Notes: generated from the letters alone by a model not told the origin. A stretch of 64,000 nucleotides of DNA from an uncultured Planctomycetaceae bacterium (GCA_963976765.1 CAXBME010000002.1:434001-498000); one strand, 5' to 3'. Shown: positions 1 to 10,520, counted from the first letter of the stretch. A program made the numbers and translations.

Positions 1-1
1 A

Positions 2-2254
2 ACCGGAAACTTCCGCAAGCCCTACAACGATGCAGTCCTTACTCCTCGGTTGACCAGGTTCGAAGAGATGGCCCGGTTCCGCGCCGTCGTGCAGAAAGGC
101 GCGCTGACTTGCTACCTGAATGGTCGAGCGGTTCTCGAACGGAAGCTGGCTCCTGAACACGATCCCTGGCTTGCTCTGAGAATGTGGCGACGGTCGCTTG
201 GCCGCGTTCACGATATCCGCATCACCGGCGATCCGGTTATCCCTGACGAAGTCAATCTGACCGGTGACCCGGAACTCAGCGGCTGGGCGCCGTATTTTGA
301 AGAAGGCTTCGGCCCCGGTGCCGGCAACTGGCAGGCGATCGATGCTGATCAGAACGGGGCCGGAATCTTTGGTCGACGTCGTCCCGAGTTTGCGGGTTCG
401 TCGTTGCAGAAGTTGCTTCGTTACTGTCGCCCGGTCGTCGAAGACGGCACGATCGAATACGACTTCTTTTACAGGCCGGACGAAGCCTGCGTTCACCCGG
501 CTCTTGATCGGCTGGCGTTTATTCTTGACCCTGGCGGAGTGAAAATTCACTGGATCACGGATCGACGTTACGAGTACTCGCCGCTCGATCCCGCAAACGT
601 TGTTGACGAACCGGAAAACCGGCGAAGTTCACAACCGCTTCCCTTGAAGAATGACGCCTGGAACCAACTTAAGCTGGAAGTGAAGGGCGAGCAGATTCTG
701 CTCATGCTAAACGGGCAGTTCATTTACGAACGGTCGCTCGAAGATTCCAACCAGCGAACGTTCGGGCTGTTCCACTTTGCCGATCGAACCGAAGCTCGTA
801 TTCGCAATGTTATCTGGCGAGGCGACTGGCCGAAGCTGTTGCCGTCCGTCGAAAATCAGGATCTTGCTTCCTCGAATCAGGACTTTCTGGATGAAGGGCT
901 GGCGAAGCTAACGGCGAACCTTCATCACGACTTTCGTCACGCGCCGTTCGAAGAACACTTCGACCTGGTGAGCGACGAATCTGCCGTCGAGAAGAATGAG
1001 CACGGCGTCCAGACAACGCTGTCCGGTGGCGTCGGCTTCAAAGAGTTTCGTTTCAGTCCGCTGATTCATGGCGACTTCGACATCACCGTCGTGTTTCAGG
1101 ATCTGGATATCACGATGCCATTTCCTCGCTGGACCGCTGGGATCGGTGTCCGAGTTGTGCTGGACAGTTCAACCGACGACAGGCTCGGACTCTATCGAAC
1201 GCTGGAGAGAAATGCCGATAACCGTCGCACATCATTTTTCCACAGTTTCCGTACGCCTGACGGAGAACTGAAATATCCCGGTGATTATGTCGCCGAGGAA
1301 TCGCAGGCCGGTCGCTTCCGTCTCGCACGACGTGAGGCGACTTTTTATGCGATGTATGCAGCCGATGATTCACCAAATTTTCGACTGATCGGAAAATATA
1401 AAGCTACGACCGATCCGGTCGCCGTGCAGGGATTGCGTCTCATTGCCAAGGCTGACGACTCGGTATCCGTGACCGCGACATGGAAGAACATCGTGATTCG
1501 TGCCGAGAAGATTTCCGGGTTGCGTCCGCCCGACCAGGATGCAGCACCGCTCATTGCGAAACTCAATGAACAGCGAGATGCGCTGCCGGCTCGTACAATC
1601 GACTTTGCCGTTCCTGGTTCCATCACGTCGGATGTCCGTATTTCGGCGACGACAGCTTCGGTTTTTACACCCGGTAACGACGGGCTGCGAGTTACGACGA
1701 CTGGTGGAGATCGTCAGGCAGCGTGCGTGTTTTCCGGAAGCAAACCGTTCAATCGAGGAGTGGACGTTGAGTTCATCTTGGATTTTCACCAGCTCGGCAC
1801 AGACGACGCCAGCAGCTCTGCATGTGAAATCGCGATGAAAGTGTTTTTCGAATCATCACAACTGGTCAGTCGAAGTCCCCGAGAAGCAACTATTATCCTT
1901 CGAGCAAAGGCCGACGGTGTCAGAGAACTTGTCGCGAGAATTGTCCATCGTAACGGCGCCGGTCAACTGGCCTATCTGCCACTGCAGACGGTACGTGTTC
2001 AGTCGCCGGATTCGTTCCGCATCGCCGTCCATGAAGGCACACTTTACTTTCTGTATTCCGAGGCTGGTTCCGACGACTACCGCATCGCGGCTGCGTCGCC
2101 AATCAGAGGAGAGCTGCCAGCGACTGGTTTCAATCTGAAATGTGTGGCGGTAGGCAATGGTCACAAGGCTGATTTCGTTATGAAGAAGCTGGTCATCCAC
2201 GAACAGCGGGACGAACCACCCGGAGCAACGACTGAGGTTACCAGATCGCAATGA
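2..2254 (+). CDS. DUF1583-like large protein, paralogue 1 (5' end lies outside the window)
   Basis: Frame is open from base 2. Carries the motifs LLRYCRPVVEDGTIEYDFFY, HPALDRLAF, GVKIHWIT, LPLKNDAWN and RNVIWRGDWP, all shared with the next two ORFs. Confidence 0.8.
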   Translation, partial: TGNFRKPYNDAVLTPRLTRFEEMARFRAVVQKGALTCYLNGRAVLERKLAPEHDPWLALRMWRRSLGRVHDIRITGDPVIPDEVNLTGDPELSGWAPYFEEGFGPGAGNWQAIDADQNGAGIFGRRRPEFAGSSLQKLLRYCRPVVEDGTIEYDFFYRPDEACVHPALDRLAFILDPGGVKIHWITDRRYEYSPLDPANVVDEPENRRSSQPLPLKNDAWNQLKLEVKGEQILLMLNGQFIYERSLEDSNQRTFGLFHFADRTEARIRNVIWRGDWPKLLPSVENQDLASSNQDFLDEGLAKLTANLHHDFRHAPFEEHFDLVSDESAVEKNEHGVQTTLSGGVGFKEFRFSPLIHGDFDITVVFQDLDITMPFPRWTAGIGVRVVLDSSTDDRLGLYRTLERNADNRRTSFFHSFRTPDGELKYPGDYVAEESQAGRFRLARREATFYAMYAADDSPNFRLIGKYKATTDPVAVQGLRLIAKADDSVSVTATWKNIVIRAEKISGLRPPDQDAAPLIAKLNEQRDALPARTIDFAVPGSITSDVRISATTASVFTPGNDGLRVTTTGGDRQAACVFSGSKPFNRGVDVEFILDFHQLGTDDASSSACEIAMKVFFESSQLVSRSPREATIILRAKADGVRELVARIVHRNGAGQLAYLPLQTVRVQSPDSFRIAVHEGTLYFLYSEAGSDDYRIAAASPIRGELPATGFNLKCVAVGNGHKADFVMKKLVIHEQRDEPPGATTEVTRSQ

Positions 2255-5200
2255 ACGACGATTCAGCCACGATCAACAACAAAGGCCGCATACGGGGTCG
2301 ATATCGAGCCTGCTTACGTCGCATCATCGTGAGAGGTTTTGTGAGGCCCGCTGGCGTTGTAACACTCATCGCAGTTTCCGCCGCACTGACGAATCCTCGT
2401 TCGTTATGCGCTGATGATCGGGCCGCGTTGAGTGCAATCTTCGCAGAGCAGCACGTTCAAGCCACAGCTCTGGACGTCCATCGAAAGGCGATGAAGCTTC
2501 CGCTCGATGACCGCTACGACTTTCTTTCTGATTGGGTACTGCCGGGGAAGAATCACGAGTCGCTGAGAATTCAGATCGGCTTCACTCAAACGAATCCCAG
2601 TCCAGTCTCAGAAGATTATTTGGTCACGATCCGGGACGAAGACTTGCAATCTCGACAGTCGTCTGGTGGCGAGCTGGTTTCGCCAGCGTGGGATCTTGTG
2701 GACGTTGCAAAGCAAACTCAGCAGCTGAGCAAATTGAGACAACGTGTCGAGGCATGGCGACCCGATTCTCAAACGGACGGGCGACTCGCTCAAGCGGCCA
2801 TGCTGACGCTGATTGATATCGCCGCAGGCGGCAGCGACGCTGCCGCGTCCAGTGTGGAAGAATTTTTGAAAGCATCTACAGCCAACCCCGTCGTCACTGG
2901 GCCGACACCTGCTGAATTTCTCGTCTTTATCCGCGGAGTTCACTTTGAGCCAATCCGCGAAGTGATTGCCGAATGTGTTAACCGTTATCAGCCGTGGATG
3001 AATGCTGAGTTTTATCGGTCAACTCCGACGAGGCATTTCAAATCGGCACACAGTCAGTTGCGTCTGTTGCAACTGACAAGTCGTGACGAGCCGATGAGTT
3101 CTCTCAGTGCTCAGCCTCTCGATCAATGGTCCGTGGTGACACGCAGTCTCGCACAGACTCGCGGAACAGGAAGTCCGACTTCGAGGTGGGAATACAAGCC
3201 AGGACTTGTAGAAAATGTCGCCAGCCACGACGACGATTTCCTCTTCTTCAACACACCACTCAGGGGAAACTTTGAAGTCGAATGCGATGTATCAGGCTTT
3301 GGCTGGCGGGACAGTCATCTGATGGTGGCCGGAACCTGGATCGCACCGGTTTATACTCACAAGGGATACGACCTGGGCAACTTTCGTGGTACCCGGCCTC
3401 GAAGGGAAATCTCGCCGCCACTCACAAAAACGAAGCACTGGATTCACTACCGAACCGTCGTCCGTGATCAAGTCGTCTCAACATATTTCAACGGACGTCT
3501 GATTCACCAGGGAATGGTTTCAGTGGACCATGACCCCTGGATCGCGATTCGCAGCACGTCGCGTCATGACGGTGCTGTTCAGAATTTGCGAATCACAGGC
3601 CAGCCGGAAATCCCCAACGAAATCAATCTGTCTGCTGATTCGAATCTCGATGGCTGGCTCTCGTACTACGACAACCGAGTCGGCGGGCAGAACGCAGCCT
3701 GGCAACACGTTCGAAGTTCAGACGACGGAGAGATCATCGGAAATCGCATCTCCCGACCTGGTGGTTTTGTCATCAGTCTGCTGAATGCTTTTAACAATTC
3801 GGCTTCGTCCAGCGTCGACACGACAAACTTGTCGCCTCATCAGGAACGTCTACTGAGATACCACCGGCCGATGCTCGAAGACGGCACGATCGAATACGAC
3901 TTCTTCTACTCACCGGGACACATCCTGACGCACCCGGCGCTCGACCGACTGGCTTTTCTGCTGCGTCCTGACGGCGTGAAGATTCACTGGATCACTGATG
4001 GAGAATTCGACCGTTCGAATCTCAACTCGAACAACGTCTTTGATGAATCTGAGAATCGCCGAGGCCCCGAGACGTTGCCTTTGAAAATCGGCGACTGGAA
4101 CCGTCTGCAAATTCGCCTGACTGGCGATACGGTCTCGCTGGTTCTCAATGGGGAAGCCGTTTACGAGCGTGCCCTCGAAGTGACGAATCAACGCACTTTC
4201 GGGCTGTTTCATTTTGCAGATGAAAGTCAGGCTCGGGTTCGCAACATTGTCTGGAAAGGCGACTGGCCTCAAGCATTGCCGCCGCTTGCGAAGCAGGAAC
4301 TTGCCGTTGACGATACGGGCTTTCTGGATCGTGATGCCGAGCCCCTGACGTCAGTTTTCGAACATGACTTTGCGAGTGACGGTCTGCCGCTTGAGCAGTT
4401 TGTAATTCTGCGAGGCGATCCGAAAGTCCACGTTCGACATGTCCAAAATGGCCTTCTGGAAACTCGCCCAGGCACCGGCGGATATCGAAATGCGGCGATT
4501 GCTCCCCGATTAATGGCTCACGGCGATTTCGACGTCATCGCCACTTACCGCGATTTCAAATCAACGGCGGCTGAAGGCGGTAACGGCAACGCAATGCTGC
4601 TTGCAATTCTCGACAACGCAACCGCTGATGAATCGTTGATCACCCGTCGTCACATCCACCGAACGAACAACGTTCATGAAAACGTTTCGCAATGTGTGCA
4701 GGTGGAAAACCCCGTGACGGGGGAACGGCGAGACTACTTCGGAGTATCGCCTATGGAAGAATCGTCGGGCCGACTGCGGCTCGCCCGGCGCGGTGGCACA
4801 ATGTATTTCCTCACGGCGGAAGAAGACTCGCCACACTTTGTCCTGCGAAGTCAGCGTGAAACAGCCACCGACGACATTCAGTCAGAGGGGCTGCGTTTGC
4901 TGACTCAAATCTTTGAACTGGGTGGCGACGTGAGCGTCGTCTGGAGTCATCTGATTGTTCGAGCTGAATCGCTGAGTGGTCGAGCTGTCGAAGACTTCGA
5001 TTCACAACTTGCGCAACTGAACAAGGAACGTGACCAGCTGAAGTCGCGATTTGAATTCGACTTTACAAAGCAGGCTCCCCCCGACTCACTCATCCAGCGA
5101 TGGACGGACCAGAATCCGTGGTCGAAAGACGATGGCGGTTTGCTGATGACTGCTCCGGGAACCGACAACTGGTCGTCTGCTGGCGCTAACGTCATGAAAT

Positions 5201-5721
5201 CTGTCAGCGGCGACTTCGATATCTCCATCAGTTTCGAGGTGCAGAAGTTTGATATCCCAAAGTCTGGTAAACGATGCTCCGCCTATCTTCAGCTTGATCT
5301 TCCTGACAAAAACAGGACGCAAGTGAGCAACATCTTCACAAATAACGATACAGGGGCGACCGAGGTCGTTGCTCAGGTGCGGGAGCCTCGTGGGAATGGC
5401 CAGTTTAATTACCGGGCAACGGGAGCGCTCGACCTTGATAACGTGACAACACTGCGAATTGCTCGCCGCGCAGAACGGCTGACATTTCTCACGTCAACGA
5501 AGGATTCATCGAACGAAAGAATCGTTGGCTACCTGGATCGTCCTGCAGTCCCGCTTCCAAAGTCTTCCATCCGTTTTCTGGTTCACACCGGCGGAGCCGA
5601 CCGCGAGTCAATCGTTCTCTGGAAATCCATCGGTATCCGAGCTGACGACATCCCGGATGAAGACGACAGCGCCGCGAAGCCAACCGACTCACAGAAGTTG
5701 ATCCTGGACTTCTTCAAGTAA
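2251..5721 (+). CDS. DUF1583-like exported multidomain protein, paralogue 2
   Basis: 1156 aa ORF with an ATGA overlap on the previous stop and a signal-like N-terminal region. Has the same core motifs plus two C-terminal GDFD-containing beta-sandwich-like repeats. Confidence 0.8.
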   Translation: MNDDSATINNKGRIRGRYRACLRRIIVRGFVRPAGVVTLIAVSAALTNPRSLCADDRAALSAIFAEQHVQATALDVHRKAMKLPLDDRYDFLSDWVLPGKNHESLRIQIGFTQTNPSPVSEDYLVTIRDEDLQSRQSSGGELVSPAWDLVDVAKQTQQLSKLRQRVEAWRPDSQTDGRLAQAAMLTLIDIAAGGSDAAASSVEEFLKASTANPVVTGPTPAEFLVFIRGVHFEPIREVIAECVNRYQPWMNAEFYRSTPTRHFKSAHSQLRLLQLTSRDEPMSSLSAQPLDQWSVVTRSLAQTRGTGSPTSRWEYKPGLVENVASHDDDFLFFNTPLRGNFEVECDVSGFGWRDSHLMVAGTWIAPVYTHKGYDLGNFRGTRPRREISPPLTKTKHWIHYRTVVRDQVVSTYFNGRLIHQGMVSVDHDPWIAIRSTSRHDGAVQNLRITGQPEIPNEINLSADSNLDGWLSYYDNRVGGQNAAWQHVRSSDDGEIIGNRISRPGGFVISLLNAFNNSASSSVDTTNLSPHQERLLRYHRPMLEDGTIEYDFFYSPGHILTHPALDRLAFLLRPDGVKIHWITDGEFDRSNLNSNNVFDESENRRGPETLPLKIGDWNRLQIRLTGDTVSLVLNGEAVYERALEVTNQRTFGLFHFADESQARVRNIVWKGDWPQALPPLAKQELAVDDTGFLDRDAEPLTSVFEHDFASDGLPLEQFVILRGDPKVHVRHVQNGLLETRPGTGGYRNAAIAPRLMAHGDFDVIATYRDFKSTAAEGGNGNAMLLAILDNATADESLITRRHIHRTNNVHENVSQCVQVENPVTGERRDYFGVSPMEESSGRLRLARRGGTMYFLTAEEDSPHFVLRSQRETATDDIQSEGLRLLTQIFELGGDVSVVWSHLIVRAESLSGRAVEDFDSQLAQLNKERDQLKSRFEFDFTKQAPPDSLIQRWTDQNPWSKDDGGLLMTAPGTDNWSSAGANVMKSVSGDFDISISFEVQKFDIPKSGKRCSAYLQLDLPDKNRTQVSNIFTNNDTGATEVVAQVREPRGNGQFNYRATGALDLDNVTTLRIARRAERLTFLTSTKDSSNERIVGYLDRPAVPLPKSSIRFLVHTGGADRESIVLWKSIGIRADDIPDEDDSAAKPTDSQKLILDFFK

Positions 5722-5819
5722 GGAACAGTCTCTGTGCAGCTGCTTAGCGTCAGCCCGCATTACCTGCTCAAAAAACTGAGATAAATATATTTTTCGACAA
5801 ACATACCGAAAGCGACTCG

Positions 5820-7937
5820 ATGAATCTCAAACGACAACTGCCAACACAAAAACGTAGCCTTCCGTGGAAAGTTTTTCCGACGCTGCTGCTGACAGTTTTC
5901 AGCGTGACTGGCTTTGCTCAGGAATCGATCGATTCCACGCTGCAGGTGACTCGGGCGAGTGGAATTGCTGCGTTGCAGCATCTTCGGGACGGAGAAACCG
6001 GCAAGGCTCTGGAGTCACTGGGGGCCGCCGCCGATGCGATTAAGAATGTCCATCCGAAAGAGGATGAAGGAATCACAGCGGCGGCTGGCGGACTCTTTCG
6101 AGCCCTGCATCAACTGGATGAAGGCGAACAGTTCGATCTGCTTTACAAGTGGACGATGCCGACCGAGTCGCGAAAGACAGTTCGCATTCTGACATCCGTC
6201 GTGCCGCAGAACGCGCCTCCCAAAGCGTTCGCCCGACTCATCGGTGAGCGTCCTCGCGACGAAACATTCGCCGTCGCCTCGATCGGCGATATCCAAGGTT
6301 TGTTCTGCACCGGCTGGACTCTCGTAAGAACCGCCGACGCGATCGGACGACTTGGCCGCCTCGTTACGGAGCTGGAGAAACTTGCCGCCAACAAGGTGCC
6401 CAACGCTGACTCGCTGCTGCTGCTGGCTCAGCTTGTGGACTCACGGAGTGATGAGGCGAAGTTGAAAACGGCTCTTGAACAACGAGCCAGACAGTTAAGC
6501 GATTCGCTTGACGACACAGCAATGGCTGGCGTCGCAACGTCGATAATCGATCCGTCACAAATTGCCATCGCTGCCGCTGCGTCGACAAGCAAATCACACC
6601 GCTCGATCAGCGAAGCCTTGTTCAAGTCGCTGGCCGAGCAGACTCTAAACGGAACGGCGACGCGGCTGCGTTCGTTCTTCAGGCTCTCGCATGCAACCGC
6701 CGTTCAGCTGGCTCGCGGAGAATCAGGCCCTGAAGCCATCCGACAAAACCGGTTGAAATACTGGGTGCCGATGTCTGGTGAGACCTCGACAGCGCTCCAT
6801 CGTGGAGCAACAAATGCCAGCTGGCTGGTTCATGAGGACCATATTCTGCACCTGGGCGGGTCACGTAACGATGTACTCTTCTTCCGTTATCCGCTGATCG
6901 GTGATTTCGAATTTCGCTGCGAATCCCAGGAAGGCGGACGCATCACCACCGACGGTGGACTCGTTTATGGAGGCTTGCAGTTCGAAGCCTTGGGGCGTTC
7001 CAACCAGTTAACTATCTGGGACGCGGACATCGACCACCCCGTCGTCAAACCCTGCCCGTTCGTCCGGCACGAGGATCGACCGACGTTCAACCGAATGTCG
7101 ATCCGATCGAACGCTGACCAGGCAATCCTGACTGCCAACATGCACCCAATGTGGTTCGACCCGGCGTCGAAATCCGCGGCGAGCCCCTGGATTGGCCTGC
7201 GAAGCTTCGAAGAGCGACGACCGATGTTTCGAAATCTGGCAATCACGGGTCAGCCGGTAATTCCTCGCGAAGTCCGCATGTCAGACGGCGATAGCCTGCG
7301 TGGCTGGAAGTCACACTTTTATGGCGAGGCACAACCAGCCTTTGCCCCCATCGCAACATCCAGCATCGTATCAACAAAGGTTGACTGGTTTCTAACAGAT
7401 GGAATCATCACCGCTCGAAAAGTGGACGACGAAAACGGCGTTAATCCGCAAAGCCTGTTGCGCTATCATCGTCCGCTGCTTGATGGTGAATCGGTTTCTT
7501 ACGAGTTCGAGTACAAGCCGGGCGAGACTCTCGTTCATCCGGCCCTGGGGCAGATGGCCTTTCTAATCGAAGCTGGAGGCGTGCAGGTTCACTGGATGAC
7601 GTCCGGCGGTTTCGAGTGGACGGGCCTGCCGGCTGACAACAAATTGCTGGAACCACTCAATCGACGTGGACCTCGACCACTTCCGCTCAAGGAAGGCGAC
7701 TGGAACGCGGTCACGCTGGCACAAGCTGATGGTAAAGTCACGCTCACTCTAAACGGTGAGGTGATTTATCAGCGAGTGGTCGATTTCGGCGGCAACCATT
7801 CGTTCGGTTTCTATCGAGACCGAACTCAAACCTCCGCGAAGATCCGCAACGTCGTCATGACGGGTGACTGGCCAGAAACCCTGCCGGCCGATGTTCTTGA
7901 GAATCCGACCGTGACAACCGACCTCGTCGCCAGATAG
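5820..7937 (+). CDS. DUF1583-like exported protein, paralogue 3
   Basis: 705 aa with a signal peptide (LLLTVFSVTGFA). Core motifs LLRYHRP, HPALGQMAF, VHWMT and GDWP. Lacks the C-terminal repeats. Confidence 0.8.
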   Translation: MNLKRQLPTQKRSLPWKVFPTLLLTVFSVTGFAQESIDSTLQVTRASGIAALQHLRDGETGKALESLGAAADAIKNVHPKEDEGITAAAGGLFRALHQLDEGEQFDLLYKWTMPTESRKTVRILTSVVPQNAPPKAFARLIGERPRDETFAVASIGDIQGLFCTGWTLVRTADAIGRLGRLVTELEKLAANKVPNADSLLLLAQLVDSRSDEAKLKTALEQRARQLSDSLDDTAMAGVATSIIDPSQIAIAAAASTSKSHRSISEALFKSLAEQTLNGTATRLRSFFRLSHATAVQLARGESGPEAIRQNRLKYWVPMSGETSTALHRGATNASWLVHEDHILHLGGSRNDVLFFRYPLIGDFEFRCESQEGGRITTDGGLVYGGLQFEALGRSNQLTIWDADIDHPVVKPCPFVRHEDRPTFNRMSIRSNADQAILTANMHPMWFDPASKSAASPWIGLRSFEERRPMFRNLAITGQPVIPREVRMSDGDSLRGWKSHFYGEAQPAFAPIATSSIVSTKVDWFLTDGIITARKVDDENGVNPQSLLRYHRPLLDGESVSYEFEYKPGETLVHPALGQMAFLIEAGGVQVHWMTSGGFEWTGLPADNKLLEPLNRRGPRPLPLKEGDWNAVTLAQADGKVTLTLNGEVIYQRVVDFGGNHSFGFYRDRTQTSAKIRNVVMTGDWPETLPADVLENPTVTTDLVAR

Positions 7938-7962
7938 TCATTTGCCTGTTGGCCTGATCGGG

Positions 7963-8670
7963 TCATTCAGTTTTCTTAACCACGTCGCCAAACAGGAACA
8001 CATCGTCAAACCGACCGGTATCGTCGAACGAGCCGACGCCGACTTTGCCCCACGTAAATGTTTTGTCGGTGGCAGTCATAACGGGCGTCTTCATGTCGTC
8101 AAAATAAATTTCGATCATTCCCGACTGCACCTCTCGAACGATCCTGGCGTGATGCCACTCGTCGTCCCAGTCCGTGCCTGCTGTTGTCTTCGTTGAGATT
8201 TTGGTCCGTGGCTTGTCATTAACAATAAAAATCTGGTTGGCGTGGTCGTCGGTCTTCTTTCCGAAGTGCACGTAGTAGAAGTGCGACGGATCCTGAAAAC
8301 CGAAGAACAGACACAGGTCTCGATGTCCGTAATCCTTCTTTGTCGACTGAAACTTCAGGTCAAGCACGAAGTCGGCCACCGTGACGTCTTTGATCAGGCA
8401 CCGATTGAACGGTGAACGAACCGGGTTTTCGACTTTGCTCTGCTGAAACTGCTCAAATACGAAGTTCTCTTCGAGCTTTGTCATCTTCCACGCCTTCGGG
8501 TCACCCGGCACCCAGTTTTCCGACGAGCCTGACTGAAAGTCATCGCAGAAAACCAGCGGCAACTTCGTGCCAGCCTCCGGAGCATTCTTCACACACGGAG
8601 GGTCCGTCGCGAATACAGAACTGGTGAACGCAACGAAAACAAAACTGGTCAGCATGTAAGAACTCGGCAT
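7963..8670 (-). CDS. Exported concanavalin A-like / DUF1080-like protein
   Basis: Signal peptide. DDF...DFVLDLKF...WHHARI...IEIYFD...GKVGVGSFDD...FDDV pattern typical of the ConA-like fold. Confidence 0.65.
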   Translation of the reverse strand: MPSSYMLTSFVFVAFTSSVFATDPPCVKNAPEAGTKLPLVFCDDFQSGSSENWVPGDPKAWKMTKLEENFVFEQFQQSKVENPVRSPFNRCLIKDVTVADFVLDLKFQSTKKDYGHRDLCLFFGFQDPSHFYYVHFGKKTDDHANQIFIVNDKPRTKISTKTTAGTDWDDEWHHARIVREVQSGMIEIYFDDMKTPVMTATDKTFTWGKVGVGSFDDTGRFDDVFLFGDVVKKTE

Positions 8671-8800
8671 GATGTTGCCTCCGGCCGGTTGAACGAATTA
8701 TGGAACCAGTACTGAGGATGCCTTGATCATCAGCGTGGGTTGGCTGACAGACTTTAATCGATGCACTGTGCAAATCGATAAGCCTCGTCCGCAGCGTATC

Positions 8801-8836
8801 GAAAAAGCCCTCGGCTGCGAGGCAACCGAGGGCTTT
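8801..8836 (-). terminator. Intrinsic terminator downstream of nhaA
   Basis: Stem aaagccctcgg / ccgagggcttt with a T-run on the minus strand, about 50 nt after the nhaA stop. Confidence 0.75.
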
Positions 8837-8888
8837 GAACGATTTCGATTTTATTTTCCGTCAGCAACGACTGACTTTGCCATCAATG

Positions 8889-10328
8889 TCACGCCGCTTG
8901 AGCAACAGAGCCTTCGGACTCCCCGTTTCCATCACCGTTCGACTTTCTAACACCGACGAGCTTTGCGACCAGGAACGATAATCCAGCGGCTCCGAAGCTG
9001 CCGAGTGCTCCCATCTTGACCGCATCCAGTTCGACGCCCGCCGGAAATTTTGTCAGCGGGAACGCGGCGGTCGACACAAACAAGGCCACGGTAAACCCGA
9101 TGGCAGCGATCATGCCCAGCGTTGCGACGTGTCGGTAGTTCATGCCTTCGGACATCTTCAGGCCCATGATTTTCACGGCAAACCAGGTCATAAAGAGAAT
9201 GCCGACAGGTTTCCCAATAATCAGTCCGGCGAGGACCAGCCACGTCCCGGTACCAACCGCCGTCATCGCCACCCCCGCATTCACGAGGCCGAACAGTCCG
9301 AGAATCAGTTCGACTTTGTCCTTCCACCAGTGCTCGAACGCGTTGAGCGTGTCGTCGCGATTGAGTTCTTCGCGAGCAAAAATGCCCAGGTCCGACTTGG
9401 CATGAGGCATGATCGGAATGATCGGCAACAGACCCAGTGCCGGGTGAATTCCCGCCTTGTAGAAAGCAAACCAGCTCGCCGCACCAGGAATCAGCAGGTA
9501 CCACCAGAAGCTCTGCAGACGCATTTTCTGGAACACTTTGCCAACGGCCATTCCTCCGATGGCCAGTCCCAGCCAGCCAAGCACCAGTGGCTTCGCCGGA
9601 TAAAACACGGCTAGGATCACCAGGCCAGCGGCGTCATCCGCGATGGCCAGCAGAAGCAGGAACGCGATCGCCGGATGTCCCTGCCCGAAGATCATTCGAG
9701 CGACCAGATAACTGAAAGCAATGTCTGTGGCGCAGGGAATCGCCCATCCGTTCGTCAGGTTCCGCTCGCCGGTTAAAAACACTCCGGCCAGATAAACGAG
9801 TGCAGGGCCAACCACGCCCCCAACGGTTGCCAGCAAAGGCGTCGCCGCCTTCTTAGGATCAGACAACGCACCGCCCGGCAGCATGGCTTCCCACACTTCC
9901 TTGCCGGCAATGGCAAAGAAAATGGCCATCAGGATGTCGTTAATCAGAAAGTGCAGAGTCACACCGTGCTGCTCGGCAGTCGGAGCGTCGTGTCCAATCT
10001 CATCGGTCGAAGCGGTCTTGCCGTGCGAGCCATCTTTCGATGCCTCATCCGAGCCGTCCGCGTCGCCGGCTGGCGCTTCGTGAGACTCATCGTGCACCAC
10101 GTCACTGTGCACCACGTCACTGTGGCCTGTTTCGTCATGTCCTGTTTCGTCGTGAGCCGGAGCGGCGTGATGGCTCCCTCCGCCCGTCAGATCCAGATGC
10201 ACGAAGTGGTGATACGAATCTTTATCGACGTTCGCCCAGACCAAAGCCGCAATGGCTCCGGCGATGAGGAACATCGAATTTTCGTACAGGAACGAGACTG
10301 CTCGTGGACGTTGTTTTTTGTGGGACAT
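8889..10328 (-). CDS. nhaA: Na+/H+ antiporter NhaA with a His-rich loop insertion
   Basis: NhaA motifs INDILMAIFF, GWAIPCATDIAF, LAIADD, GIHP, GKPVG and IGFTVALF. Multiple TM segments. Confidence 0.92.
   Translation of the reverse strand: MSHKKQRPRAVSFLYENSMFLIAGAIAALVWANVDKDSYHHFVHLDLTGGGSHHAAPAHDETGHDETGHSDVVHSDVVHDESHEAPAGDADGSDEASKDGSHGKTASTDEIGHDAPTAEQHGVTLHFLINDILMAIFFAIAGKEVWEAMLPGGALSDPKKAATPLLATVGGVVGPALVYLAGVFLTGERNLTNGWAIPCATDIAFSYLVARMIFGQGHPAIAFLLLLAIADDAAGLVILAVFYPAKPLVLGWLGLAIGGMAVGKVFQKMRLQSFWWYLLIPGAASWFAFYKAGIHPALGLLPIIPIMPHAKSDLGIFAREELNRDDTLNAFEHWWKDKVELILGLFGLVNAGVAMTAVGTGTWLVLAGLIIGKPVGILFMTWFAVKIMGLKMSEGMNYRHVATLGMIAAIGFTVALFVSTAAFPLTKFPAGVELDAVKMGALGSFGAAGLSFLVAKLVGVRKSNGDGNGESEGSVAQAA
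10092..10154 (-). repeat. In-frame 15-nt tandem duplications encoding (HDETG)2(HSDVV)2
   Basis: Plus strand shows gtgcaccacgtcact twice and cctgtttcgtc twice, each at a 15-nt period. Confidence 0.9.
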
Positions 10329-10520
10329 GGGTTTTCAAACTGTTTCGGGTACGCAGGAACCCGTCGGATCGGCGCGGCTCGTACGGAATTGCCCCCTCGG
10401 AAGAAGAAGGCTTACTATATCGACGAGCGTCTTTGCTCCCAACGGTAAGAATAGTGGCCGGCGACTCTCTCGTCGCCGTTGATATCGACAGCGTTTCTCA
10501 AAGACGAGACGGATCTCGCA

